A stretch of DNA of 64,000 nucleotides from a virus (taxonomy: Duplodnaviria; Caudoviricetes), in the IMG/VR virus record IMGVR_UViG_3300034126_000020, positions 160,001 through 224,000 of that record, one strand, 5' to 3'. The notes below the pieces were generated by a model. It was given only the letters and a program-made list of their open reading frames with translations. It did no database searches and was not told the DNA's origin. Both the position numbers and the translations under genes were made by a program. Numbering within the stretch: position 1 is the stretch's first letter; every line of letters starts with the position of its first letter. Of the stretch, positions 17,613 to 25,869 are shown piece by piece.

Positions 17613-18322
17613 CAGAACTTGAAGTTCGTCGGGAGTCCACCTTCTTCGAGGTTTGCCGGGGTGTGGAACTTGACCAGCTCTTCGTAACGAGACTTGGCTT
17701 CGTCCATGTTGTTCGCCGGGTAGATCTCGATGGTCAGGGTTTCCCAGGTCTTGTACTCGGCCTGGAACTCATTGCTTGGGTGAACGCCGTATTCCAACTT
17801 GTGGTTGTTCAGTTGGATGGCGTAGTCCAGGTCATCGCTGTAGCCCAGGATGTTGAAGGTGTCGTCTTCGTCGTCGAAGATACGGAACGCACCGATCTTT
17901 CGTGGTGCAACTTTGAAGTCGTCAGCGTGCACTTCTTTGAGCCAGCTTGGCTCTTGGAAGTTGGCGTTGAAACCGTAGCGCGTGGCGTTGTTCTCGAAGA
18001 CGGTGATCTCCGTGGCTTCAGGCCAGAAGGTCGTGATGTCGTCGATGCTTTCCACATAGGCCATCATCATGTTGGCATCGTGGGACATGCGCACGATCCA
18101 GTACGGGTGGTACAGAGGCCAAGCAATCGGGCGGGAGTCGTGGATGTATTCCGGGTCGTCGAGGTGACGCGGAGGTACCGGCGACAGGAAGCCCACACGG
18201 AACAGTGGCGTGCCACCGTAGACCGGTTGCCAGATGAACGCTTGCTCAGCGTGTGGCTTGGTGATGAGTTCGTACATCGGCTTACCGTCAAGGCCGAGGA
18301 TGACTTCTTTCTTCTGGCTCAT
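17612..18322 (-). CDS. Two-domain protein (236 aa) with a C-terminal degenerate GIY-YIG-like domain
   Basis: TAGGAG SD before ATG 18322; C-terminal GAFRIF...ILGYSDDL...H...GVHPS..FQ..Y pattern. Confidence 0.6.
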   Translation of the reverse strand: MSQKKEVILGLDGKPMYELITKPHAEQAFIWQPVYGGTPLFRVGFLSPVPPRHLDDPEYIHDSRPIAWPLYHPYWIVRMSHDANMMMAYVESIDDITTFWPEATEITVFENNATRYGFNANFQEPSWLKEVHADDFKVAPRKIGAFRIFDDEDDTFNILGYSDDLDYAIQLNNHKLEYGVHPSNEFQAEYKTWETLTIEIYPANNMDEAKSRYEELVKFHTPANLEEGGLPTNFKF

Positions 18323-18332
18323 GTTGTAACTC

Positions 18333-18692
18333 CTAGCAGATGGGGCTAATGATGATGACCGTATCGTCAAGCTTGAAGCCTGGGATCGGCAATGGATCGC
18401 TCATGTCGGTGTAACCCAGTCCCGTGTTCATATCCACGAAGATCAGGCCAGCCAACACACGCTCAGGCGTAGTGGTGATTTCAAGGAACTCACGACGAGC
18501 TCCTTCAGCACTACGGACAGGTGGGTGCATGGTGTCTTGCGGTCTCGGATGTGACTCGACGCGCATGGTGATTGTGTGGTCAATGAAACGACCGAATACG
18601 CGGTAGACCTTTTCGCTGCCACCACGAATGAATTCGTCGCCCGGTAACAGGCGCTTGATGTTGATGGGGGTGCCTTGGCGTGCCTGTACCAT
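18333..18692 (-). CDS. Hypothetical protein (119 aa)
   Basis: TAGGAGTTACA leader, the same as for the downstream gene. Confidence 0.65.
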   Translation of the reverse strand: MVQARQGTPINIKRLLPGDEFIRGGSEKVYRVFGRFIDHTITMRVESHPRPQDTMHPPVRSAEGARREFLEITTTPERVLAGLIFVDMNTGLGYTDMSDPLPIPGFKLDDTVIIISPIC

Positions 18693-18706
18693 TGTAACTC
18701 CTACAT

Positions 18707-18750
18707 GCGGCATAAAGACCGTGGAAGATCCCCCTCCACGGTCCTTGTGT
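18707..18750 (-). terminator. Hairpin + TTTATGCCG element after phuZ
   Basis: Minus strand reads GACCGTGGA...TCCACGGTC TTTATGCCGC. Confidence 0.6.
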
Positions 18751-19740
18751 TTACCAAACCAGGCCGGAGGCCGTTGGCTTGTCCTTGTCGCCAGTGAACG
18801 CGACTGCTTCAGTAGCAGCTTGTTCTTGGTCGGCGATTTCACGCTCGAGGTCTTCGACGCGCTTACGCAGTTCACCCATGGAGCCGTTTTCGATACCGAA
18901 GAACAGGCTGCCTTTGGCTTGTGCGATGGAAGGCATTACGCCGTAAGTGCTGTAAGGCACGAACATTTCCGGAGTCGGATCGGTGGCTTCACGCAGCAGG
19001 TAAGCAGAGGCCAGAGCGCCGCTACGCATCAGCTTGGTGAAGTCTTCGATGTTGTCCGACACGTGCATGCGGCACAGTTGGGCACGAGCCTTGGTCGACT
19101 TGGTGAAGTTGAACAGCGACTTCAAGTCTGCGGTGTCCAGGCCGTGGTTACGGCGAGAGACCAGAGCAGCCAAAGCGGTGATCATCAGGTGCGCTTCGTT
19201 GTCGACAGCTTTGTCAGTCATCTGGCCGGCTTTGTTGAAGCCCAGGTGAATGATGCCCGGCATGCCGCAGGAGCGCGAGATGTTGTCCAGGGTCTTCACG
19301 CCACCGATGGTGTTCTCGGCGTTGCGGATGGCCTGTTGTGCCCAGACCACGATACCCATGGCCATGTGACCATCGTCCAGCAGCTTCTTCAGGATCAGGG
19401 GACCCGATACCGAACCAGTACCGCCAGCCAACGTGAAGACCACAACGGTCATGTCAGCAGGTGGGAACTTGCGCAAGATGTCAGGAACAGCTTTGGCAAT
19501 CGCTTCAGCGTTTTCAGGACGCAGGCCGCCTGAGCCGTCCAGACCATCGAACAGCCAGGTCTTGTCAACCAGACGGTCATCGAGGTTGGAGTCAGAGGTG
19601 TCCACGAAGCAAACTTCGATGTTCGCGACGTCGGCGCTGTGACCAGCTTCCAGGTATTCCTTAGCGATGTTGACACCGCCGCCACCACAGCCGATGATGC
19701 GCATGGTGCCTACAGGACGATTAGAGAGACCGTGACTCAT
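18751..19740 (-). CDS. phuZ: PhuZ phage tubulin (329 aa)
   Basis: IIGCGGGGVN (T1), FVDTS, GLDGSGG, LAGGTGS tubulin signature, acidic tail ending GLVW; GAGGTA SD. Confidence 0.95.
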   Translation of the reverse strand: MSHGLSNRPVGTMRIIGCGGGGVNIAKEYLEAGHSADVANIEVCFVDTSDSNLDDRLVDKTWLFDGLDGSGGLRPENAEAIAKAVPDILRKFPPADMTVVVFTLAGGTGSVSGPLILKKLLDDGHMAMGIVVWAQQAIRNAENTIGGVKTLDNISRSCGMPGIIHLGFNKAGQMTDKAVDNEAHLMITALAALVSRRNHGLDTADLKSLFNFTKSTKARAQLCRMHVSDNIEDFTKLMRSGALASAYLLREATDPTPEMFVPYSTYGVMPSIAQAKGSLFFGIENGSMGELRKRVEDLEREIADQEQAATEAVAFTGDKDKPTASGLVW

Positions 19741-19787
19741 TGTGACTACCTCATTGAGGGTTGTTGATTTGGGTGTTGCACACAATG

Positions 19788-19814
19788 ATAATGTATCACT
19801 GTGGAAAAGTTGAC
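19788..19814 (-). promoter_or_regulatory. Putative phage early promoter motif upstream of phuZ
   Basis: GTCAAC-TTTTCCACAGTGA-TACATTAT. Confidence 0.55.
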
Positions 19815-20473
19815 TAGCTGCCTACACGGGCTGCTGCTGCGGTCAGCTTACGAAGACCTTTGCGTTCACGGCCCTCGTTGATGATCATGAGCATCTGTGC
19901 TTGCAGCCGGTCGCCGAACATGTTCTTCTCTTCAATGAAGTTCAGTCGGGCATAGATTTGTTCGATAAGGTCGCGTTCGCTCTCACCGAAGTAACGGAAG
20001 ATCCCGGTGTAAGCGTGCATCATCGTTTGCAAGCTATCCACGACTTCACCGATGGGATTGGTCTGGGCCATGTGGTCGATGTCCTCGACAGTCTTGGCCA
20101 GTGCACCCACTTTACGGATCAGTTCTGGGAAGCAGCATTCGAACGCCCAGAACGTCTGTTGACGTGGGCGGTCGCTGTACAGCTTATTTGCCACGTTCAG
20201 CATGGAGAGGCTGACGATCATGCCATCTACACACAGGCGCTGGATGATGGCTTTCGCATCTTCGTCTTCATGGAACGCAGGACGTCCCGTCACGGCCCGG
20301 ACTTCGGTGTCGAACAGGGTGAACAGCTTCGAGGTGTACTTGCAATGGTGTAGGACCAAATGCGTTAAACGGTGCGGTTTGGTCAGGTTGTAGATGTCGC
20401 CATGAAACAAGCGATCGTGCAGCTCTTGGCGAAACTGAACCTCATCCCACAAACCAGCGATGTCGTTATTCAC
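19814..20473 (-). CDS. All-alpha protein (219 aa), possible MazG-like NTP pyrophosphohydrolase
   Basis: His/Asp-rich N-terminal helix pair; C-terminal EDIDH...DLIEQIYARLNFIEEKN resembles the MazG pattern. Function is inference. Confidence 0.5.
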   Translation of the reverse strand: MNNDIAGLWDEVQFRQELHDRLFHGDIYNLTKPHRLTHLVLHHCKYTSKLFTLFDTEVRAVTGRPAFHEDEDAKAIIQRLCVDGMIVSLSMLNVANKLYSDRPRQQTFWAFECCFPELIRKVGALAKTVEDIDHMAQTNPIGEVVDSLQTMMHAYTGIFRYFGESERDLIEQIYARLNFIEEKNMFGDRLQAQMLMIINEGRERKGLRKLTAAAARVGS

Positions 20474-20533
20474 GCTATGCTCCTTTTCTATTATCCAATC
20501 ATGTGTACCTTCGTCTTATCGAGGCAAGTCACC

Positions 20534-21361
20534 ATGATGGACCTTATCACAATTGCCCTTGACAGGGTAGGTTTCGAAATTCCGCAGGAGGTGCTCCGCT
20601 ATACCTTCTCACCCACCCGCTATGACCCGTCCAAGAATGGACTGATCCGTGACTACAGCACTGGCGTCAGCAACGACACCGTGATCCGCCGTCAAGTGAT
20701 CGATGCCCGCGTAATGGTGGACATCAACCTGTGTTCTGGCGTAGAGCTGTTCATCCCACTGAACGGTTGCCCAGCGAAGATGGTTGACCGCTGGACGTAC
20801 GTCTACACGATTCCCAAGGAGTTGACCCAAGGCCGGTCGATCACAGTCCCCTACGGGCTGAGTTACGGTCAAGGCAACAACATGGGTCAGGCAGGCTCTT
20901 TCGCTGAAGACCGTTCGATGGTCTTGGAAGCGGCAGCCGGTCTGATCCAGTCCAACTCTGCCTGGACTCAAGTGCAGACAGCGTACTGCACACTGGTGGC
21001 CGACAACGTCGTTGAAATCACCAATATGAGTCGTGTCCCGGGGATCAGTTACTTGCGCTGCTTGGTCAGCCATGAACCGAACCTTGCGAACATTCCCCCA
21101 CACTACGCAGACAAGTTCACCGAACTGGTGATCCTGGCTGTGAAGGCGTACATCTACACGCGGACTATCATTCCATTGGATGAAGGTGCAATCCGCGGTG
21201 GTGCTTCGTTGGGTCGGATTCGCGAGATCGTCGATTCGTTTGCTGATGCCAACCAGATGTACAAGGAGTTCCTCAAGGACAACTGGCGCAAGTCGGGCGT
21301 CATGGCGAACCGTGCACAGCATCATCGCCTACTCCGGTATACAGTAGGCAGCCGCCGTTAA
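20534..21361 (+). CDS. Conserved chimallivirus protein, probably virion structural (275 aa)
   Basis: GAGG SD before ATG 20534; plus-strand orientation like other late genes; sequence style recalls conserved phiKZ-like virion proteins. Confidence 0.6.
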   Translation: MMDLITIALDRVGFEIPQEVLRYTFSPTRYDPSKNGLIRDYSTGVSNDTVIRRQVIDARVMVDINLCSGVELFIPLNGCPAKMVDRWTYVYTIPKELTQGRSITVPYGLSYGQGNNMGQAGSFAEDRSMVLEAAAGLIQSNSAWTQVQTAYCTLVADNVVEITNMSRVPGISYLRCLVSHEPNLANIPPHYADKFTELVILAVKAYIYTRTIIPLDEGAIRGGASLGRIREIVDSFADANQMYKEFLKDNWRKSGVMANRAQHHRLLRYTVGSRR

Positions 21362-21375
21362 GAAAGACAGGAAAC

Positions 21376-21420
21376 AAAGAAAAAAGAAAGGGGAGCCCGA
21401 AGGCTCCTCTCTCTATTCCG
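21376..21420. terminator. Bidirectional terminator
   Basis: A-tract + GGGAGCC CGAA GGCTCCT between convergent genes. Confidence 0.7.
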
Positions 21421-21561
21421 TTACTTCTTGAAAGAAGCTTTATAACGGAAGCGGAGGCCGTCTTCCGACACCTCCTTTTCGATCACGGTGCAGTCGCGAA
21501 GGCACTTCACGAAAGCTACACCGACGAAGCCGATGATGGCTCCAGTAATGAAACGACCCAT
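21421..21561 (-). CDS. Micro membrane protein (46 aa), not in the ORF track
   Basis: Manual translation MGRFITGAIIGFVGVAFVKCLRD...ASFKK; AAGGAG SD. Confidence 0.65.
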   Translation of the reverse strand: MGRFITGAIIGFVGVAFVKCLRDCTVIEKEVSEDGLRFRYKASFKK

Positions 21562-21571
21562 GGTGGGCTCC

Positions 21572-21700
21572 TTACGTTACAGGGGTGTCGGGTGTCGGCT
21601 CAGTAGGAGCAGCCGGTTTGAGGGTCTTGCGGTGTTCGTCGGTCTTGTCCAGGAAGCAGTAGACAACAGCACCGGCTACAAAGCCCAGAATGAAACGCAT
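21572..21700 (-). CDS. Micro membrane protein (42 aa), not in the ORF track
   Basis: Manual translation MRFILGFVAGAVVYCFLDKTDE...PTEPTPDTPVT; GAGGAG SD. Confidence 0.65.
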   Translation of the reverse strand: MRFILGFVAGAVVYCFLDKTDEHRKTLKPAAPTEPTPDTPVT

Positions 21701-21713
21701 GGTGTTCTCCTCG

Positions 21714-22076
21714 TTAAACAGCTTCGCGCAGTTCTACGCGGTCGATGAAGCCAGGGCACAGCGGGTTACGCTTCTGGCCTTCGTTGTATTCGTCAACGCC
21801 CAACTGGACATCACCGAATGGTTTGATCACGCCACCCACCGACCAAGTCGACAGGTGTGGTCGACCTTCCTCATCGAGGTAGATCGAGTTGATGCTGAAG
21901 TGAGAGACGCGACCGTAAAGGGCCACGACTTCTTCACGACCACCGGCTTTGTGGACACCCACAGCGCAGATGGTCTCCAGCCCACGTTTCGAATCGTGGT
22001 TGTCGATGATCTTGAAGCCAGCAGCTTTAACGGCTTCGATGATTTGTGCTGGAGTTGCTTTAGGCAGAGTGTTCAT
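21714..22076 (-). CDS. Hypothetical protein (120 aa)
   Basis: AGGAGATACACC leader. Confidence 0.7.
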   Translation of the reverse strand: MNTLPKATPAQIIEAVKAAGFKIIDNHDSKRGLETICAVGVHKAGGREEVVALYGRVSHFSINSIYLDEEGRPHLSTWSVGGVIKPFGDVQLGVDEYNEGQKRNPLCPGFIDRVELREAV

Positions 22077-22121
22077 GGTGTATCTCCTGATGTACTGGTT
22101 AGGGTTTGTGTAGCGGGGTTG

Positions 22122-22256
22122 TTATTCGGAAGCTTTGCGGATGACCGTGCCGATCACCCAACCTACAGCAGCAGCCACTGCGATCTTGCCAGCGAAGACA
22201 GCGAGGTGGCCAGCGGTGGAACGGCTAACGGCTTTAGAAGTTTGTGCAGTTTTCAT
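22122..22256 (-). CDS. Micro membrane protein (44 aa)
   Basis: MKTAQ...LAVFAGKIAVAAAVGWVIGTVIRKASE; GGAGA SD; first gene after the promoter motif. Confidence 0.6.
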   Translation of the reverse strand: MKTAQTSKAVSRSTAGHLAVFAGKIAVAAAVGWVIGTVIRKASE

Positions 22257-22293
22257 GTCGATCTCCATTGATCGTGGTGGGTATGTCACATGT

Positions 22294-22320
22294 ACAATGT
22301 ATTGTTTCAAACTTTTCGAA
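22294..22320 (-). promoter_or_regulatory. Putative phage early promoter motif
   Basis: TTCGAA-AAGTTTGAAACAA-TACATTGT. Confidence 0.6.
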
Positions 22321-22331
22321 TCAGATTCGAC

Positions 22332-22366
22332 ACGGCATAAAGGCGGGGTTGATCCCCGCCCTATGC
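22332..22366 (-). terminator. Hairpin + TTTATGCCGT element
   Basis: Minus strand reads GCATAGGGCGGGG ATCAA CCCCGCC TTTATGCCGT. Confidence 0.6.
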
Positions 22367-22840
22367 TTAGTGGTTGTAGAACGCCGCAGCCTCCATTCCT
22401 TTCTCGAACGTCAGGTGTTGACCAGACGCCATTAACCGAATCGCGTAATACATCGACCCCATGGTGTCCTTGATCTTTTCGCTGGTCACTTCGCTCTCGT
22501 GCCATTCCGATTCTGACATAAGGGCGATCTCATGTGTTTCAGACACGAGTGCACCGAAGACCTTTTCCGCCACCATTGCACGATCACGGTCGTACATGTA
22601 ATGCGGATGAGCAGGGTTGGCCAGGATCTCGTCCACCAGTTCAGGGCCGAGGATACGATCCATGCGACGAACTGTGACAGGATAGCGTTCCCGTGCCTCA
22701 GATGACCGGGCTGCCAAGAAAGTAGCCCCGACAGCCAACCACGTTAGAGCATCTTGTCTCCAGCGAGGATCACCGGCTACAGGCTCAAGGAGTGTGCAAA
22801 GAGTGACGATGTGATGGTTCAGCGGAGTGGCAAGGATCAT
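22367..22840 (-). CDS. Hypothetical protein (157 aa)
   Basis: AGGA SD, operon-like spacing. Confidence 0.65.
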   Translation of the reverse strand: MILATPLNHHIVTLCTLLEPVAGDPRWRQDALTWLAVGATFLAARSSEARERYPVTVRRMDRILGPELVDEILANPAHPHYMYDRDRAMVAEKVFGALVSETHEIALMSESEWHESEVTSEKIKDTMGSMYYAIRLMASGQHLTFEKGMEAAAFYNH

Positions 22841-22852
22841 GGGTGGTTCCTG

Positions 22853-23194
22853 TTAGTACTTCTGGGGCTTGTAGCGGTACCCAGAAGCTTGAGCGAGGTG
22901 AAGGAGGTACATCAGGTGGAAGAAGTAGATAGTGGCCGCACAGGCGACCTTAGGGAAGATGGCACACAGGAAGAACAGGATCGTGATGATCCCAATCAAC
23001 CCTGACAAGTCGTTACGCGCCATTCCTTGAAGGACCATGGCGTAACCGATACCGTTTTCCTTCATCGACCCTTTGAGTGTCCGGTAGACACGGTAGTGAT
23101 CGATGTAGGGAACCAGCAGGAAGAGGAAGAACCCTGCCACAAACGCCCACTCAACGAAATTCGTGATCGCCTTGAGAGTTATCATCGTCTGCAT
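22853..23194 (-). CDS. Membrane protein (113 aa, 2-3 TM segments)
   Basis: Hydrophobic stretches AFVAGFFLFLLVPYI and LIGIITILFFLCAIF...IYFFHLMYLLHL; basic C-terminus. Confidence 0.6.
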   Translation of the reverse strand: MQTMITLKAITNFVEWAFVAGFFLFLLVPYIDHYRVYRTLKGSMKENGIGYAMVLQGMARNDLSGLIGIITILFFLCAIFPKVACAATIYFFHLMYLLHLAQASGYRYKPQKY

Positions 23195-23564
23195 CCTTAA
23201 TCATGCCCAGGTATTCAGCCAGTTCTTTCATCTTGCCTTCGACACTGACTTTCACGTTGCCGTTGTCTGCGACCAAGACAGGAATGCTGTCGGTCACGTC
23301 TTCCGGTTTGCCTTTGTAATAGAACAGGACCTGAGGAACCTGACCGTCCGGTACAGGGTCTTCCTTCACGATTCCGTTAACGAACGATTCCGCCGAGTAC
23401 GACTGCGTCTTGGGGATGGTCTGCACCGCGTAACCGAGGTTGACCAACGCGCCAGCGGCGTCTTGGACGTTCTCATCCCAGTCTTCGACCATCAGGCCGA
23501 CCACAGGGGCTTTAGGCTCACCGTGGGGCGACAGGGTTTCTTCCAATGATGCAAAGATGTTCAT
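23151..23564 (-). CDS. Hypothetical acidic protein (137 aa)
   Basis: Starts 4 nt after the upstream stop. Confidence 0.65.
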   Translation of the reverse strand: MNIFASLEETLSPHGEPKAPVVGLMVEDWDENVQDAAGALVNLGYAVQTIPKTQSYSAESFVNGIVKEDPVPDGQVPQVLFYYKGKPEDVTDSIPVLVADNGNVKVSVEGKMKELAEYLGMIKDADDDNSQGDHEFR

Positions 23565-23568
23565 GGGT

Positions 23569-24285
23569 TCACCACTTGAATGCAGGAGGAGGGTTGAGCG
23601 ACAACATGTCAGCCGACAGACCCTTCAATTTAGCGTATTCACCAAAGCCGATCTTGTTGACCGAGTAAGGCTTGACGTTGGACCAGTCACCGTGGACTTC
23701 AGGAGACGGGCCATCAATCATCCAGTAGCCTTTGTCCAACATTACGTCACCGCCGAACAACACCCCACCTTCACGTTGGACGTCGACCAGCAACTTGACC
23801 ATGTACTGAGGATCTTTCCCCGTCTGAGGCAACATCTTCAGCTCAGCGTAGAACATCTTGGCGACGATGTTACCCTTGTACTCCCGGGTCTGGGGAGAGT
23901 AGGTGACCAGCCAGTGCTCATTGCTCTGCTCTACGTCGAACAGTTGTTTCTTGTTGGGCTTGATGGCGTACTCGTACGGGAGGTCGTAAAGGTACCAACC
24001 GTTCTTGTGACGTTTGCCATCGTAGTTAGGCCAGGTGATGTCACCCCAAGCCGCCACGTACCCAATGAAGCACCCCATGATGCTCGGGGCCACAGAGACA
24101 CGCGGTACAGAGATGTTCTCTTTCTGGGCAGCACGACGAGTCACGTACGGAGTGAACTTCTTGATCTCCCCATCCAGACTCATGTGGAACATGGGACCTG
24201 CATCCTCAGCAGAGACAAACTCCACTGCCTTACGGATGTTAGTGGGCTGTAGGTCTAACCACTGTTTGATAGCCTCTGCACTCAT
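23569..24285 (-). CDS. Protein (238 aa) with possible ADP-ribosyltransferase-like motifs
   Basis: MFHMS...KFTP...EN..VPRVSVAPSIMGC; the fold call is inference. Confidence 0.55.
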   Translation of the reverse strand: MSAEAIKQWLDLQPTNIRKAVEFVSAEDAGPMFHMSLDGEIKKFTPYVTRRAAQKENISVPRVSVAPSIMGCFIGYVAAWGDITWPNYDGKRHKNGWYLYDLPYEYAIKPNKKQLFDVEQSNEHWLVTYSPQTREYKGNIVAKMFYAELKMLPQTGKDPQYMVKLLVDVQREGGVLFGGDVMLDKGYWMIDGPSPEVHGDWSNVKPYSVNKIGFGEYAKLKGLSADMLSLNPPPAFKW

Positions 24286-24682
24286 GGCAGTATCCTGACG
24301 AATGTTCTATACACTACCTAACAATCAAAATAAAAAACGCCAGCTAAGCTGACTGATTGTAAGTCCCTTGAGTTTTTCACTATGAAATCAGACATATAGA
24401 GTGAGTACGTTTTCCCGGTATCTAGTATAGGTGAGGCTTCGCCTCACTAGAACGGCTCATTGCGTCGTCTATCCTCCGGTCAGTAACCTTCCCTCCAGAC
24501 AGCCACCACAACGGCAGACCATTCCCTTCCTATCCCAACCCCCAGACTAATTCCTCACTCCGTTCGTCATTAGTCTTGCCCCCTTCCCTTTCCTTCCCAA
24601 GAAGTTGACAAGCCTTGCATACTATACAGACCCTCGTTTTAGAAAAGAAAAGAAGCAGGGGGTGACCCTGCTCCTATGTCCG
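24286..24682. other. ~400-bp non-coding structured region
   Basis: No ORF of 60 aa or more; hairpins GTGAGGC-TTC-GCCTCAC and AGACTAAT...ATTAGTCT; strongly C/T-rich plus strand. Confidence 0.6.
24641..24682 (-). terminator. Rho-independent terminator
   Basis: Minus strand reads GGAGCAGGG TCACC CCCTGCTTC TTTTCTTTTCT right after the stop at 24683. Confidence 0.7.
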
Positions 24683-25099
24683 CTAGTGAACCAACGCCCT
24701 TTCCATCGGGGTGTTGTTCATCAGCGTGTAGATCTCTGAACTGTCGAAGGCATCAGTGACATTGCGGTAGATGCAGATACCGGTATCTTTATCAGTCAAG
24801 CGTACTGCAACCGCACCATCGTTAGCGTACTGGCCGTACTTGATCCCTTCAGCGTCCAACCGGTCAAAGACATCTTGACGCACTGAACTCATGAGGACCA
24901 CAGTCTCTGCTGCTGTGAGTCGTTTCATACCCGCACAAGGAATGCCCACCACCATGGTAGCGATAGCGTCTACCAGTTTACCGATCTGCTTACGGATCTC
25001 CTGCTTCTCAGTAGGGCTCACCGTCTCACCTTTGCCGGACTGTTGGAAAGCGACTAGCGCCTTGAACTCCCGGACCAGTTGCTCGAACGTTTGTTCCAT
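24683..25099 (-). CDS. Hypothetical protein (138 aa)
   Basis: AGGA SD before ATG 25099. Confidence 0.65.
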   Translation of the reverse strand: MEQTFEQLVREFKALVAFQQSGKGETVSPTEKQEIRKQIGKLVDAIATMVVGIPCAGMKRLTAAETVVLMSSVRQDVFDRLDAEGIKYGQYANDGAVAVRLTDKDTGICIYRNVTDAFDSSEIYTLMNNTPMERALVH

Positions 25100-25112
25100 T
25101 TGACATTCCTGC

Positions 25113-25190
25113 AAAAAAAGATCCTCATCACACCGGTCGCTTAAAGCGAAGGGGAATGCACACGACCGGATTGGGGGACGTGATGAGAAT
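25113..25190 (-). terminator. Long nested hairpin + U-tract
   Basis: CTCATCAC..CCGGTCG...CGACCGG..GTGATGAG, followed by TTTTTTTGC on the minus strand. Confidence 0.55.
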
Positions 25191-25207
25191 CAATGGGGTG
25201 TGTAGGG

Positions 25208-25816
25208 TTATACCGCAAAGCTGACGTAGTACGAAGTCGACATTTCAATGTTGTCGATTGCGTCTTTGCTCGGCTCTTTGAAGATCTTCCAGGACTCGTT
25301 GGTCATCGGGTCATTGAGGTGACCGATCAGACGCTTGTTGCCCAAATCCACCATGCGAGTGCGCTCACGGATAGCCGCACGCATTTGTGGTTCGTTCAGG
25401 CCGATGGTCACGAGACCGCGGTCTTTCTCGAAGGTCACGATGGCACCAGTGGATTCGATGATGTCGAACTTCTGGTTCAGGTTGCCTTCTTCTTTTGCAG
25501 TGCGCAGTTCATCGCGGATCAGGATGAACGCCGGGTGTTCCAGGACGGTGTCTTGGAAGTCGGCTTGCACTTTGCACCAGTGAGTGGCTTCAAGCAGGGA
25601 GAACATCCGACCGAAGAGAGTGCCTTCAGCTTGTTTGTGTTGGCTGATGTCGGCGGCGTTTCGAGACACGACGCGAACGGTGCCAACGGTACCAGTGAAG
25701 TTGCTGTCTTCCTTAGCCATCAGTTGCTCCAGGGCAGTGTCATCAAGATGTACGTGAGTAACGTCTGATTGTTGGGTCAGTGCGTTCATGTAGGCGACTC
25801 CTAATGCGTTAGTCAT
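25208..25816 (-). CDS. Hypothetical protein (202 aa)
   Basis: First ORF after the promoter motif; a start at the second Met (TAGGAG upstream) is also possible. Confidence 0.65.
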   Translation of the reverse strand: MTNALGVAYMNALTQQSDVTHVHLDDTALEQLMAKEDSNFTGTVGTVRVVSRNAADISQHKQAEGTLFGRMFSLLEATHWCKVQADFQDTVLEHPAFILIRDELRTAKEEGNLNQKFDIIESTGAIVTFEKDRGLVTIGLNEPQMRAAIRERTRMVDLGNKRLIGHLNDPMTNESWKIFKEPSKDAIDNIEMSTSYYVSFAV

Positions 25817-25842
25817 TTGGTTATTGTTTCTAGCTCACCAGT

Positions 25843-25869
25843 TTAATGTATCGTTGAAATAAATTCGAA
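25843..25869 (-). promoter_or_regulatory. Putative phage early promoter motif
   Basis: TTCGAA-TTTATTTCAACGA-TACATTAA, nearly identical to the copy at 43197-43223. Confidence 0.65.

Noticed and set aside
17612-18322. Active mobile homing endonuclease
   Set aside because: The catalytic GIY-YIG residues appear lost and no intron context or target gene is evident. It is kept only as a degenerate-domain finding.
24605-24628. Sigma70 promoter from TTGACA in the non-coding region
   Set aside because: The nearest -10-like hexamers (TACTAT, TATACA) are only ~9-12 nt away, and no plus-strand gene follows.
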